A program made the translations under genes and the position numbers. From an uncultured virus (IMG/VR IMGVR_UViG_3300032307_000957) (taxonomy: Duplodnaviria; Heunggongvirae; Uroviricota; Caudoviricetes), in IMG/VR virus record IMGVR_UViG_3300032307_000957: a stretch of DNA of 64,000 bases; one strand, 5' to 3'. Within the stretch, counting starts at the first letter, position 1. Each line of letters starts with the position of its first letter. This document shows positions 19,337 through 30,616 of the stretch, piece after piece. Under the pieces are notes generated by a model. The model worked only from the letters and a program-made list of their open reading frames with translations. It was not told the origin of the DNA and did no database searches.

Positions 19337-21837
19337 ATTATATCATGTAAAGATAATATATTATATATTTCTTTTGAAAATTCATCTCTGAATCTAGAGT
19401 TGTTTTTAATGAATTCAAATTCTAAATATTCTTTTGATTTTGTTTTCTCATAAAACTTATGGCAATCTTTTACTTTTTGAATGAACTTGTTATTTTTAAT
19501 ATCAAAAAATCTGGAAGAAGTATAGCTGTTGTTTTTCAAAAGATAAACAATATCATCAGATCCAATATAGTAACGAATATAAGAAATCATATTATTTTTA
19601 ACCAATTATTTCCTTTAAATTACAAGCTTTACTGTACTCTTCCCAAAATAAATTAATATCATCAATAAACAATACGCATACTAAATTATCTTTCATTATA
19701 TGATTATTAATATATTTTTTACATTCTTGTATTGAAGTAAATCTTTTAGAATTTTTTTTGTGATATGAATAAAATAATTCAAAATATTCTAAAGAAAGGC
19801 AATCATCAATGACAATATAATATTCGCTCATATAATTTCTACTAGAAGTAATCTTCTTTTATATTCTTCCAAAACTTCTTCAAAATCACCATTCCAATCA
19901 ATTAAACTAATATCATCAAAAGAACCAATGCCAGTATTTTTAATAAAGAATTCTTCAGAGTAAAGTTCAACCTTTCCTTCTAAACACAATATTTTAAACT
20001 CTTTAGTTAAGAAAGTCATTTTAGATTCAAATTCATCTGGGTACATAAAAATTCGGTATTTTTTATTTAGATCTTTATTCCATTCGCTTACATATATTAC
20101 ACCATCTGGTAAATCACTGCTTTTTCTTGCCAAGTTAGTCATGAAATTATCTCCTGCAATAAACAAATCTCTTTCATTTCAGATATAATTGAATCCCAAT
20201 CACCATCTAAAACCAACCAATCTTGAATGCAACCAAACATATGCCAATGATTACCCAACTGATCTAGTTTGCAACTTCCATTTGGATTAAGATGATAGCC
20301 CTTTTCATGAGCGTCGTCAATAGCTTCTTTAAAAGATTGTAATTTTTGTTCATCACCTAATATTTTCATTAGTTCAGGATAATCAATTTCGTGAGAATAA
20401 TAGTTTTTAAAATAAACTATACTTAAACTATTATAACTTTTATCTTTAATTAATAACATCTTCATATTATTTCCGAAATGGTTATGAATTCTTGAATTGA
20501 ATCCCATGTTTTATTAGGTTCCATAACTTCAAAATAATAAAATAGTGAATTAGGATTATTAATCATTTCATATTCAATTACTTCTTGTGGAAACTCAAAA
20601 CGCTCTATCTTATCAAATAATCTCAAAAAACTATCCTTTTTACATAATTTTACATTTATAAAACCAAAATCCAAATTTAAAAAATAACCAACTTTAGTTT
20701 TTTCTAAAGCAAAATATTTTTTCATATAATTTCTTTCATTAATATTATGTTTTTTATATTTTTTTCTACATTATCATTTAATTCAATTAAAAAATAATCA
20801 TGGTTAAAAACTGGATCAGATAAAGATTTTTGAACAAACTCATCGCATTCAATTTCATTTAATATATAATCTTTTTCATTTAAATGAACTTTTTCTAAGG
20901 TTTCTTTTATATTTTCTACATCAAAGTCAATATCTCTATGTGCCGAAAAATAATCCTTAGAACATATTGTTGCATCTTTGTGTTCATAAGTAACATTATT
21001 TTTCTTAAGAATGGCCAACATTATATAATTCATATAATCTCCATCAATAAAATAAAACTATTCACAGAATCTTTAATGCTTTCAATTGCTTCATTTTTAT
21101 CAAATAAAACGTTTTCTATACCCATTTTTGTCAAAAGTTCCGTTACTTTATAAAAATCATTATCAATTAAGCTTACTCTTTTTATTATTGAGCAATTAAC
21201 TCCAGAATCCAAAAGCTTTAAATATTTCTCATCATTATTTGTGGCTAATCTAAAAAGTCCCTTATAAAAGTAAAACAAAATCATATTATGTCCTTAATAG
21301 TTAATATATCTTGTATATTTTTTATGGTAAAATCACATAATTTGATTGGTATTAATTTAATTTTTTTTGATTTTAGCAGGTTTATATTATAATCTAATGA
21401 TATCCAACTATCTATATCTTTTTCTTCAATTACAAATTTTTCTTTATTTTTAAAAACATAATTCATTGTATTTTGAAATCTTGTTGGTTCATTATGGTTA
21501 ATATCTATATCATCCCAAAATAAGTCACTAGTGCCGCAGATGGTTGTTATCAAACCTCTTTCTCCTTCATATATTCTCAAAATTAAATAATTCATATATT
21601 TTTATTGATTAACTATCATTCTATTATATCTCTTAATATGTATTTTTCTCGATATTCTTTCCACATTTCATCAACGTTATCATTAAATTCAATATAGAAA
21701 TGATGATTAGAGCAATTCTCGATCGGTTCAGTCATTTCGAAGCTATAATTTAAAAGGTAATATTTTAGCGCGTCATTAAAACAATCTTTGTTTAAATATA
21801 TAAGTTCATCACTAAGGCAAGGTATATATTTTTTCAT
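19333..21837 (-). other. Run of 9 small unrelated hypothetical genes, all with KEII-type tails (19333-19605, 19598-19831, 19828-20142, 20139-20465, 20462-20725, 20722-21033, 21030-21284, 21281-21595, 21616-21837)
   Basis: Tails LHDII, LKEIIG, LVEII, LQEIIS, ISEII, MKEII, LMEII, IKDII, LRDIIE; mostly ATGA overlaps. Confidence 0.75.
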
Positions 21838-22298
21838 AATCTATATAATCCTTTATAGAACAAATAACCTAACCAAATATTTAATGGAGTTTCTGATACT
21901 CCAAAAATTTTAGCAATATATTCATTTTTTGCTCCAATACTTTTTAAATGAAAAAGATGTTGTTCTGACATCAAAATCTGTCTAGCAAACATATTTGCCT
22001 CACTTTGTTTCTTTTTATCACCGGAGGTGAAATCTGTATCTTTAAAAGATTCTTCCGTATGAAGAAATAAATGACCAAGTTCATGAGCTATTGCATAATT
22101 TTGTCTCTCTTTGGTTTCTTTGGCATTTACACCTATAATTGGAATTCCATTTTCATAGCGTAAACTTCCGCTGTATTCTACATACTCTTTTTGTATACCG
22201 TTTTTCTTTATAAAATCATTTACATCAAAATAAGGATGTTTATTGTTTCTAATTTGGCTTGGTTTTTTACCGATATATTGTTTCCAATTATTATTCAT
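21834..22298 (-). CDS. ImmA/IrrE-family zinc metallopeptidase
   Basis: RQNYAIAHELGHLFLH ... EANMFARQILM. Confidence 0.85.
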   Translation of the reverse strand: MNNNWKQYIGKKPSQIRNNKHPYFDVNDFIKKNGIQKEYVEYSGSLRYENGIPIIGVNAKETKERQNYAIAHELGHLFLHTEESFKDTDFTSGDKKKQSEANMFARQILMSEQHLFHLKSIGAKNEYIAKIFGVSETPLNIWLGYLFYKGLYRL

Positions 22299-22660
22299 AT
22301 AATATTTCTTAGCGATAAGTAATTTTCAACTTCTTTTTTAATATAATCAAAATCTCCAAATATATTAATTATATTTTTGTCTTTATATTTTTCTTTATAT
22401 TTGTCTATTAAAAAATCTTCTTTTTCGCCAGAAATAATAAAAATTTTCAAATTTGATGAATCTTTTTTTGAAGCATTAAAATAAAAATTTTTCTTATATA
22501 ATTTCATTACAATTTCATTTCTTATGTCTTTTCCAAGATAATCAACCCAATAGTCATCATTTTCTATATCTATAGTTATAGGCGTTTTTAAAACAGATAA
22601 ATCTACTTGCATATAGATATTTCCGTTTTTATGAATAAATAGCAAAGCTGAACTAATCAT
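22295..22660 (-). CDS. Hypothetical protein (tail LRNII)
   Basis: ORF directly downstream of a promoter. Confidence 0.7.
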   Translation of the reverse strand: MISSALLFIHKNGNIYMQVDLSVLKTPITIDIENDDYWVDYLGKDIRNEIVMKLYKKNFYFNASKKDSSNLKIFIISGEKEDFLIDKYKEKYKDKNIINIFGDFDYIKKEVENYLSLRNII

Positions 22661-22665
22661 AAGAC

Positions 22666-22694
22666 ACTATACGACAGTTACTATGTGATGTCAA
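22666..22694 (-). promoter_or_regulatory. sigma70-type promoter, probably leaderless
   Basis: TTGACA-17nt-TATAGT; ATG 5 nt after the -10 box. Confidence 0.7.
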
Positions 22695-22701
22695 CGTTAA
22701 G

Positions 22702-22996
22702 TTAAATTATTTCTTTTAATTTTTTTATTTCTTCTTTGATTTCTTCGGAAATGTTTTTGTTCCACATTAACAAACGAACATTAATTTTATATATATTTCA
22801 TTATAAAACTTTCAGATAACTTTTGGTGTCGAGAAATCCAACACCAATCAAGTTTATCTGAATATTTTTCTATAAATTCTTCTGACAAATTTTGATAAAA
22901 TGAAATTGAATTCCAATCAAATTTATCAAAGAAATGAACGTTATCTTCTAATTCTTCTTCCGAATATTTATTCTTAATTAAATTATGTTTTTTCAC
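22702..22996 (-). pseudogene. Trp-repeat gene, frameshifted
   Basis: Stop at 22787 within a TA run; tail NISEEIKEEIKKLKEII-TAA in another frame to 22702. Confidence 0.7.
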
Positions 22997-23322
22997 ATTA
23001 TATCCTTTAATAATTTTAATTTCTCAATTTCTTCAATAATCTCTTCTTTAGTTCCTTCGAAGATATAATATTTATCCAATATAGTTTTTAATAAATAATT
23101 TTCAATTTCTTCTTTTGCCCTTTCTTCTACTCCGATATATTTTATGTATTCTTTATCGTTATAAGACTTTCCATCTCTTCTTTTTGAATTAAAACCATTA
23201 ATATTAATATTAATATGAATATGTAATGTTTCACCAAAACGATAAACATTCCTTTCTTCGTTTGAAGAACATTTAACATTTAAATAAAGATTTCCAGTTC
23301 CATTTACAACAAGAGCTATCAC
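22993..23322 (-). CDS. Hypothetical protein (tail LKDIM)
   Basis: ORF in array. Confidence 0.7.
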   Translation of the reverse strand: MIALVVNGTGNLYLNVKCSSNEERNVYRFGETLHIHINININGFNSKRRDGKSYNDKEYIKYIGVEERAKEEIENYLLKTILDKYYIFEGTKEEIIEEIEKLKLLKDIM

Positions 23323-23576
23323 TATATTATTTCCTTTAATTTAATTAATTGCTCAACTTCTTTAAGAATTTGCTTTTTTGATTTAAATGGTATAATTATA
23401 AATTCTACATCCGGATCCCAAAGAGGACTGTTAATCTCCTTTTCTGTACCCAAATGAAAATAACCATCCCTCAGACTTATTAACCAAGATTTACAAATAT
23501 ATCTTGGGTGAAGTTTTAAAAAAAGCTTTTCTTTTTTAAGATCTTTTTTATCAAAATCTTTATACATTTTAGTCAT
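23322..23576 (-). CDS. Hypothetical protein (KEII tail)
   Basis: Ends KLKEII. Confidence 0.7.
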   Translation of the reverse strand: MTKMYKDFDKKDLKKEKLFLKLHPRYICKSWLISLRDGYFHLGTEKEINSPLWDPDVEFIIIPFKSKKQILKEVEQLIKLKEII

Positions 23577-23680
23577 TCTATTATTTCCATTAAAGATTTA
23601 TACTTGTATAATTCGTTCACTATATTCTCAATTAAATTATCTTTATAAACACACTCTATTATAAAATATTTCTCCTTCAT
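23573..23680 (-). CDS. 35-aa mini-protein (tail LMEIIE), below ORF-track cutoff
   Basis: MKEKYFIIECVYKDNLIENIVNELYKYKSLMEIIE; ATGA overlaps on both sides. Confidence 0.6.
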   Translation of the reverse strand: MKEKYFIIECVYKDNLIENIVNELYKYKSLMEIIE

Positions 23681-24036
23681 ATTATTTCTCTTAAAGTTAT
23701 AATATCATTGATGTTTTTTATTATATTTTCTTTAAATTTATCTATATTTTCTTCAAATTTAAATAACAAAAAAGTATACCCATTATATTTTTCAGATAAT
23801 TCTTTGCATAAAACCAAACCTTCATCATAACTCATATTCTTAACGTAACAATCTCTTTCATTTGTTATTTTTATAAATGTTGATTTGATTTGTTTTTCAT
23901 CTATAAGTTCATTTCCTATTAATAACAAATCTTTAGCCCCAACCAAATTCATTATATAACCAATTTCACACACAAGTATCGTTATTTTAACTAACTCTTT
24001 ACGGAAATACAACACAATATATTCTTCTTCATTCAT
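23677..24036 (-). CDS. Hypothetical protein, EEYLIL family (tail LREII)
   Basis: SYDEGL..CKEL motif shared with 24431 and 24766. Confidence 0.75.
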   Translation of the reverse strand: MNEEEYIVLYFRKELVKITILVCEIGYIMNLVGAKDLLLIGNELIDEKQIKSTFIKITNERDCYVKNMSYDEGLVLCKELSEKYNGYTFLLFKFEENIDKFKENIIKNINDIITLREII

Positions 24037-24434
24037 ATTATTTCTTTCAATAAACCAATTTCTTTTTCAATTTTATCTTTAATTGAACTTGGGATTTTAT
24101 CATTTTTCATTAAATAATGAAATATAATTTTGTTTGAATTTTTTCTTATAAATTCTTCGGATAATTCTTGGCGAAAAGAAACTTCTCCCCAATGAACTTT
24201 ATCTGAATATTTTTCTATAAATGATTCAGATAAGGTTTGATATTTAGAAATGTCGACCCAAGTATGATTATTAAGCTTATCTGAATATTTATCAATGAAT
24301 TTACACGAAAGTCTTTGGCAAGCAAAAATATTTTCCCAATCCCAATCATCAAGATCATGAAGTTTTATTTTCTCTTCCAATTCTTTTTCCGAATATTTAA
24401 TATTTATTAGATCAAAATAACCATGATTAATCAT
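24033..24434 (-). CDS. Trp-repeat protein (KEII tail)
   Basis: Repeat motif. Confidence 0.85.
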   Translation of the reverse strand: MINHGYFDLINIKYSEKELEEKIKLHDLDDWDWENIFACQRLSCKFIDKYSDKLNNHTWVDISKYQTLSESFIEKYSDKVHWGEVSFRQELSEEFIRKNSNKIIFHYLMKNDKIPSSIKDKIEKEIGLLKEII

Positions 24435-24769
24435 ATAATTCCTTTAAATAATATAATTTCTTCCGCCAACTTTATTATCTCTTTAATATTTTCTGAGTAT
24501 TTCATCAATAAAAATTTGTGCGCTTCATAAGTTTCTTCCAATCTTGCGCATTCCTTTAATCCCTCTTCATACGAAAATTCTCTTACATAATCTTCCTTAT
24601 ATATTGCAATATGATGCATAACCAATATTATTGAAGACTCAGAAATCTCTAAATTAGAAATAAATACTAAATCATTTATCTCTTCAATTTCATGTTTTAA
24701 GTCACAAATGTATATTGTGTCATTATAACCTTCTTTAAAATATTGCAATATTAAATATTCTTCTTTCAT
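24431..24769 (-). CDS. Hypothetical protein, EEYLIL family (tail FKGII)
   Basis: SYEEGLKEC motif. Confidence 0.75.
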   Translation of the reverse strand: MKEEYLILQYFKEGYNDTIYICDLKHEIEEINDLVFISNLEISESSIILVMHHIAIYKEDYVREFSYEEGLKECARLEETYEAHKFLLMKYSENIKEIIKLAEEIILFKGII

Positions 24770-25095
24770 CCTATAATCTCTATTAAATTTAAAATTTCCA
24801 TTAGATTCTTGACAAGATTATTTGCATTATTTTCAAATTTCATCAAGAAAAACGTATATTTATGATGTATCCTCTCTAATTCTTTACATAATTTCAGACC
24901 ATCTTCATATGAAATTTGTCTTACAACGCTACCATATGCTTGAGGCGTTGTCAAGCTAAAAATTTCTCCAATAACATCATCATCATCAAAATCACTTCTT
25001 ATTACAACCCCTGCTCCACCGTTAAAGTTATACACTATTAAATTCGCGTAATTAATGTTTTTCGGACGGTATAATATCAAATATTCTTCTTTTAT
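24766..25095 (-). CDS. Hypothetical protein, EEYLIL family; expected start reads ATA
   Basis: In-frame IKEEYLILY upstream of the TTG start; tail LIEIIG. Confidence 0.6.
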   Translation of the reverse strand: MKEEYLILYRPKNINYANLIVYNFNGGAGVVIRSDFDDDDVIGEIFSLTTPQAYGSVVRQISYEDGLKLCKELERIHHKYTFFLMKFENNANNLVKNLMEILNLIEIIG

Positions 25096-25463
25096 ATTAT
25101 CTCTTTCAATAAATTAATTTCTTTCTTTATTTTTTCCGAAACTTTATCGTTTTTCATTAAATAATTAACGTTTAACTTATCTTTATGTTTTTCTATAAAT
25201 GAGTCAGATAACTTTTGAAACCTAGCTATACCATCCCAATAAATATTATCATAAGATTTTTCTATAAATTTTTCAGATAAATCTTGAAGACAAGAAATTC
25301 TATACCAATCCAATTTATCTGAATGTTTTTCTATAAATGATTCTGATAAATTCTGAGCAAATGAAATCCATACCCAATCAATTTCATCAAAAAAACGAAC
25401 ATTTTCTTCCAATTCTTTTTCTGAATATTTATTATCTATTAAATTTAATTTGTGATCTTTCAT
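25092..25463 (-). CDS. Trp-repeat protein (KEII tail)
   Basis: Repeat motif. Confidence 0.85.
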   Translation of the reverse strand: MKDHKLNLIDNKYSEKELEENVRFFDEIDWVWISFAQNLSESFIEKHSDKLDWYRISCLQDLSEKFIEKSYDNIYWDGIARFQKLSDSFIEKHKDKLNVNYLMKNDKVSEKIKKEINLLKEII

Positions 25464-25690
25464 ATTATTTCTATTAAATCTTTTATTTCTATTTTTATAT
25501 CTTCTGATATGTTTTTATTTTCAATTAACAACTCAATATCAATTTTATCTATATGTTTTCTTATAAATTCTTCCGATAAGTTTTGAGAGTAAGAAATTAA
25601 ATACCAATCAAATTCTTTAAATAATTTAATATTTTCTTCCAATTCTTCTTCCGAATATTTATTTTTAATTAAATTTAAATTATTCTTCAT
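25460..25690 (-). CDS. Trp-repeat protein, single repeat (tail LIEII)
   Basis: Repeat motif. Confidence 0.8.
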   Translation of the reverse strand: MKNNLNLIKNKYSEEELEENIKLFKEFDWYLISYSQNLSEEFIRKHIDKIDIELLIENKNISEDIKIEIKDLIEII

Positions 25691-26010
25691 TTTATTATAT
25701 CCATCATTGTTATCATTTTATCAATTTCTTTAATTATATCATCCACTTCCCCAACCAACACCTTAAATTCATCCCCAGGTTCCGATCTTAATTTAAATTC
25801 ATCCCGGGCCAATATTATCTCATCAAAATCCCGAACCTCGCTCTCCACCAATTCTCTCAAATTTATTTTTTTCCCGGAATATGCGTCCCCATATCCCCCT
25901 CCAATCACAATCTCCACATTATATACATTATTCAATTTTGATTCTTTTTCATTCATAATATATATGCTTATGTTGTCTTCCCATATATGCAGCAATATAT
26001 TCTTTATCAT
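25687..26010 (-). CDS. YNIL-family-like hypothetical protein (tail MMDIIK)
   Basis: NILL N-terminus; FKVLVGEVDDIIKEI C-terminus. Confidence 0.7.
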   Translation of the reverse strand: MIKNILLHIWEDNISIYIMNEKESKLNNVYNVEIVIGGGYGDAYSGKKINLRELVESEVRDFDEIILARDEFKLRSEPGDEFKVLVGEVDDIIKEIDKMITMMDIIK

Positions 26011-26306
26011 ATTATTTCTATTAATACTTTTAGCTCATTTTTCACATCTTCTGAAATATTTTCATTATCCATTAAACAACCAATATCAATTTTATTTATA
26101 TGTTTTTTTATAAATTTTTCGGATAAAGTTTGATTAATAGAAATATAATACCAAGAAACTTTATTTAAATGTTTTTCAATAAAATCTTCTGATAAAATTT
26201 GATAATAAGAAATAAAATTCTAATTAATTATGTCAAATAAATGAATATTAGCCTCCAACTCCTCTTCCGAATATTTGTTTTCAATTAAATCCAATTTATT
26301 TTTCAT
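26007..26306 (-). pseudogene. Trp-repeat gene with nonsense codon
   Basis: 100 codons MKNKLDLI...VLIEII; TAG at 26220-26222 where paralogs have Trp. Confidence 0.8.
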
Positions 26307-29300
26307 AATATTATTTCCATCAATCCTTTTATTTTTTTAATCTCCTCAATAATTCCCTTCATGCTTCCACTTAATATTCTAAAATCTTTTCCATTATCCC
26401 CATGAGTTATCACAATAGATTTTAATCCCCTTATATTTCCATCATGAGCCTTTATAACCTTTTCCATATCATGCCATCCTTTACGAACTCTATCAAAAAA
26501 TTTATCCCCTTTAATTTCGCTAATTCCCCAATTGCAATTATCCGTAGGATGAATAAATAATATCTCATCATTTGTTTTTTCATAAATTCCATTACCTTCC
26601 TTCCCCAAATAAATTAATACATTATATTTTTTCATATCACTTCCATTAATAATAATATCTCTTTTATCTCCCCAATTATCTCTTCCATACTTCCACTCAA
26701 TATCCTAAAACCTTTCTTATATCTATCTTTATATAATTCAATCTTTTTCTCAATTCCTTCCTTTTCTCCGCTGTTATAATGAATTATATCCCTTATGTTA
26801 AACCAATTAAGCTTCATATCATCCCAAAAGAATTCTCCATCAAGTTTATCAAAACCATAATTATCTCCAAATATATAATTTATTATCAAGATCTCTCTGT
26901 CCCTCTTTCTATAAAGACCATCCATTTCCTTACCAATATATATTAACACATTATATGTTTCTTTCATTTCAATCTCCCCAATATCCATCTTAAACTTCTG
27001 GGAATCCGAACCCCCTCAACCCATCCTTCCACAACCATTCTCTCTTTGTCAACCACATAACAACACTCCCCATAAACGCATCCCGCTATATGAACCAAAT
27101 CTCTCCTCAATCTCCCAATATCTTTCTCCCCCATCATATCTTCAAAATTATAATAATCGTCAAATAAATCCGGCATCCGCTCTTTCACCCTGTTAATCTT
27201 TTCTTCCCGATTCATATTATCTCCTTCAATAATAATATCCCTCTTATCTCCCCAATGATCTCTTCAATATCCCCAGATATTATTTTGTATTTAATAACAT
27301 CTCTAAATGATCCTATCTTTCTCTTATCTTCTTTCAATTCTTCCAAGCTTCTCTCCTCCAACTTAATCAACTCCCCCAATGAATTCTTTCCCCATAATGG
27401 ATCATTAAATTCTCCCGCTTCATCTAATTTATTAATCACAAATATTTTTGTATCAACATCTTTAATACTATCTAATATTAAATATATTCCACCATCATCT
27501 CTTAACTTCACTAATACATTATAATTATTCATATTATCTCCTGCAATAATAATATTTCTCGAATCTCCCCAATTATCTCTTCCATCTCCCCAGATATTAC
27601 TTTATATATTCCGTCATCCTCTTTAAAATGAAATTCATTATCAACTTCTCTCTTTCTCTTATCTTCTCTCAATTCTTCCAAATTCCGACCTTCCAATTTA
27701 ATCAATTCCTTCAATGATCCCCTTCCATATATAGAATCATTAAATTCCCCCAATTCATTCAATTCTTGGATCAACCAAATCTTTCCATAAAATTTTCCCA
27801 TATCTTCAAATCGATTCATAATCAAACAAACTTCCCCATTCATTCTTATCTTCACCAATATATTGTATTTCATATTATTTCAATTAAAGTTAATATTTCC
27901 CTTAATTCCCCCACAATATATTCTTCCCCACCAGAAAGCAACTTGTATCCTTCTTTTGTATAATAATTTAAATTCTTTAATAACCTTTCCTTGTCTTCAT
28001 AATTATGATAATTTAACATTTCCTTTATATCATGCCACCCTCCACGCATTCTCACTTTATCATAAAACCTCCCCGCTTCAATCTTGCTTATTCCATATTC
28101 AAATTTTCCATTTTTATTTCTCAATAATATCTCCTCATTGTCTTTATTAACCAAAATCAATACATCATAAACCTCAATCATATTATCTCCATTATTGTTA
28201 TTATTTCATTTATTTGATCTTTTATACTTTTAATGCTTCCGCTTATTATATTGTAACTACTCTCTTCCTCCATTATTTTCTTCTTTAATACCCTCAATTG
28301 TCCATTATGATTTATTAAAACCTTTTCTAAATCATACCATTTCTCTCTAACACCATCCCAAAACTTATCCCCCTCTATTCTTTCTATTCCAAATATACAC
28401 CCCTCTTCAGGATGTACCAATAACACTTCCTTGCCTATTTCCCCAATCTTAATCAAGATATTATATCTTTTCATATTATTTCCATCAAAGATAATATATT
28501 CCTTATTTCCTCAATAATATAATCTTCTCCACCGGAAAGCAATTTGTATTCTTTCTTCCTGTTATCTTCATCAATCAATTCCAAAAACCTTTCCTCTTTT
28601 CCATCATGAGAATTTAATATTTCTCTTAAGTCATGATAACTTCCCCACACCCTATCATATAATCTGTCCCCATCAATTTTGCTTATTCCTAATTTGCATT
28701 TTCCTTCTTCCGTTATAAATAATATCTCATCTGATTCCCTATCAATGAAAATTAATATATTATATCTTTTCATATTATCTCCCCCAATAATAATATATTC
28801 CCAATTTCCTCTATTATCTCCCCAATCTCTCCGCTCAGTATCTTGTACTTCCCATCCCTTTCCCCCACATAACTTTTCCTCTCTTTCACCTCCTCTTCCA
28901 ACTCCCAAAAACTTCTCTCCTCACCCACAATCAATTCTTTTAAAAATTCAATATCTATATTATCAATTATACTTGATCTTACATCGGTTCTGTAAAAGTT
29001 TTCTATAACATGCACCCTTTTATCATTCCTCACTTTAATTAATATGTTATATTTTCTCATATTATTTCTTTCAATAAGAATATTTCTTTTATTTCTTTAA
29101 TTATTTCTTCCTTTTTCCCCGAGATTATTTTGTATCGACCCCATGCTTCTCCTATCTCTTTTCTTCTCCACTCCATATCCTCTTCCAATTCTTCCAATCC
29201 TCTTTTCTCTCCCTCAATTATTCTTTTTAATTTTTCATCTATCAATGTATCTCCCGCCATGAATTCATCAAAATATAATTCATGAGAATATTTACCTCCA

Positions 29301-29741
29301 TCTCTTGTAATGTACATCTGCACATTATCATCATAACCATTGTTTTTATTATTATTTTTTATTCTAATTAATATATTGTATATCTTTTTCATAATACCGT
29401 TATCTTTCAAACTTTTTGTTTTTTTATTATTTTCAAACATTTTGAATATTTGAAGTTTATATTATTTCTCCCAATAAGAATATTTCTCGAATCTCCCCAA
29501 TTATCTCTTCCACGCTTCCAGATAAGATCTTATATTTTCCATTAATCTCTTTGCCTATTAATTTCCTCCACTCCATAGCCTCTTTCAATTCTTCCAAACT
29601 TCTTTTCTCTCCTTCAATTAATTCTTTTAATAAAAAATCATTTTCTTCATTATTTATATTTATTATATAATTTAAATTTTTCATAATAATTATTATGTCC
29701 TCTTTGCCCATAAAAATAAATATATTATATCTCTTTTCCAT
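26303..29741 (-). other. Tandem array of 10 YNIL-family paralogs (26303-26635, 26632-26967, 27212-27532, 27529-27873, 27870-28181, 28178-28474, 28471-28773, 28770-29060, 29057-29392, 29457-29741) plus one unrelated ORF (26964-27215)
   Basis: Shared Y[N/D][I/V]L[I/V] start and approximate [YF][KR][IL][LI]SG..EEIIxEI..I..L.EII end. Confidence 0.8.
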
Positions 29742-29769
29742 TTATATTTCTCCCCATTAAAATCCATCC

Positions 29770-29799
29770 ATTGTAACTCCATCCATTCCACAATGTCAA
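29770..29799 (-). promoter_or_regulatory. sigma70-type promoter heading the leftward array
   Basis: TTGACA-18nt-TACAAT on the minus strand upstream of 29741. Confidence 0.6.
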
Positions 29800-29883
29800 G
29801 TTCTTTCCTCCCTCCTAAATGATTGTAAAAAGAAATCAATATATGAACAAAGGAATATGTTATAATTTCAATTAATATAAGAT

Positions 29884-30058
29884 ATAGAATTATTTTTGCC
29901 ATAACTTATTAAATTTTGGTTATTATAAGATAATAACAGAGTCTGTATATTATATTGCTATAAGTGATTATTAAGATATGATTGTTTTTTAAGTTTTAAG
30001 TTTTTAATATAGAATTATAAGATGGAATTATAGAGTTATTTTTGCCATAAGTGATTAT
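29884..30058. repeat. AT-rich imperfect direct repeats
   Basis: ATAGA(A/G)TTATTTTTGCCATAA at 29884 and 30030; ATAAGTGATTAT twice. Confidence 0.6.
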
Positions 30059-30178
30059 ACGGGGGCCCGGCCGCTGCTCCCTCAACCATTCCAAACCTTT
30101 TCCAACTTTCCCCGCCCTATTCTTTTTGATAATCATGATCAATAAATAATACAATAAGAACGGAACAAAAGATAAAGC

Positions 30179-30616
30179 TTGCTTTTCTCTCCGATTCCTG
30201 TATCTTCTGAGGGTCGGAAGCGAAACGCGGAAGACAAGAGGGGTAACCCCTCCCGGTTCTCTAGTTCCTTTCAGTTATGAAGCATGAGCCTAAGGGGTCC
30301 GTTTGACCCGTTCGGAGCCGGTAAGGTGGTCCGATAGGCTAGAGGATAGGGGCCCGATTGGCCCGTCCGGAGTTAGTAAGACGGTCCGGGTTCTCGAAAC
30401 GATTCCTTGACAAGGGACCGAAAGCATGCTCTAAGTAACTGGTCGGGAGCGAAAAGCAACCGGAACAAGGGAGGGACAATCCTCCCGAGGTAAAAGGTTC
30501 TTTAACAATCCCTTATAATCTTCACTCCATGCCTTTTAATCCTTAATTGGAAAGGCAAGCTGTCCGAAAAAAAGACTGGACAAGGGGAGAGACCGGAGAT
30601 ATAAGAGGCGGGTCGG
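30179..30616 (+). promoter_or_regulatory. Three tandem promoter-like units with a shared GGTCGG start motif; boxA-like site
   Basis: TTGCTT-16-TATCTT, TTGACA-17-TCTAAG, TGGACA-17-TATAAG, each followed after 5 nt by GGTCGG; GTTCTTTAACAA at 30497. Confidence 0.55.

Noticed and set aside
12752..29741. Integron cassette array
   Set aside because: Genes overlap directly with no attC-like palindromic spacers, and no integrase is present.
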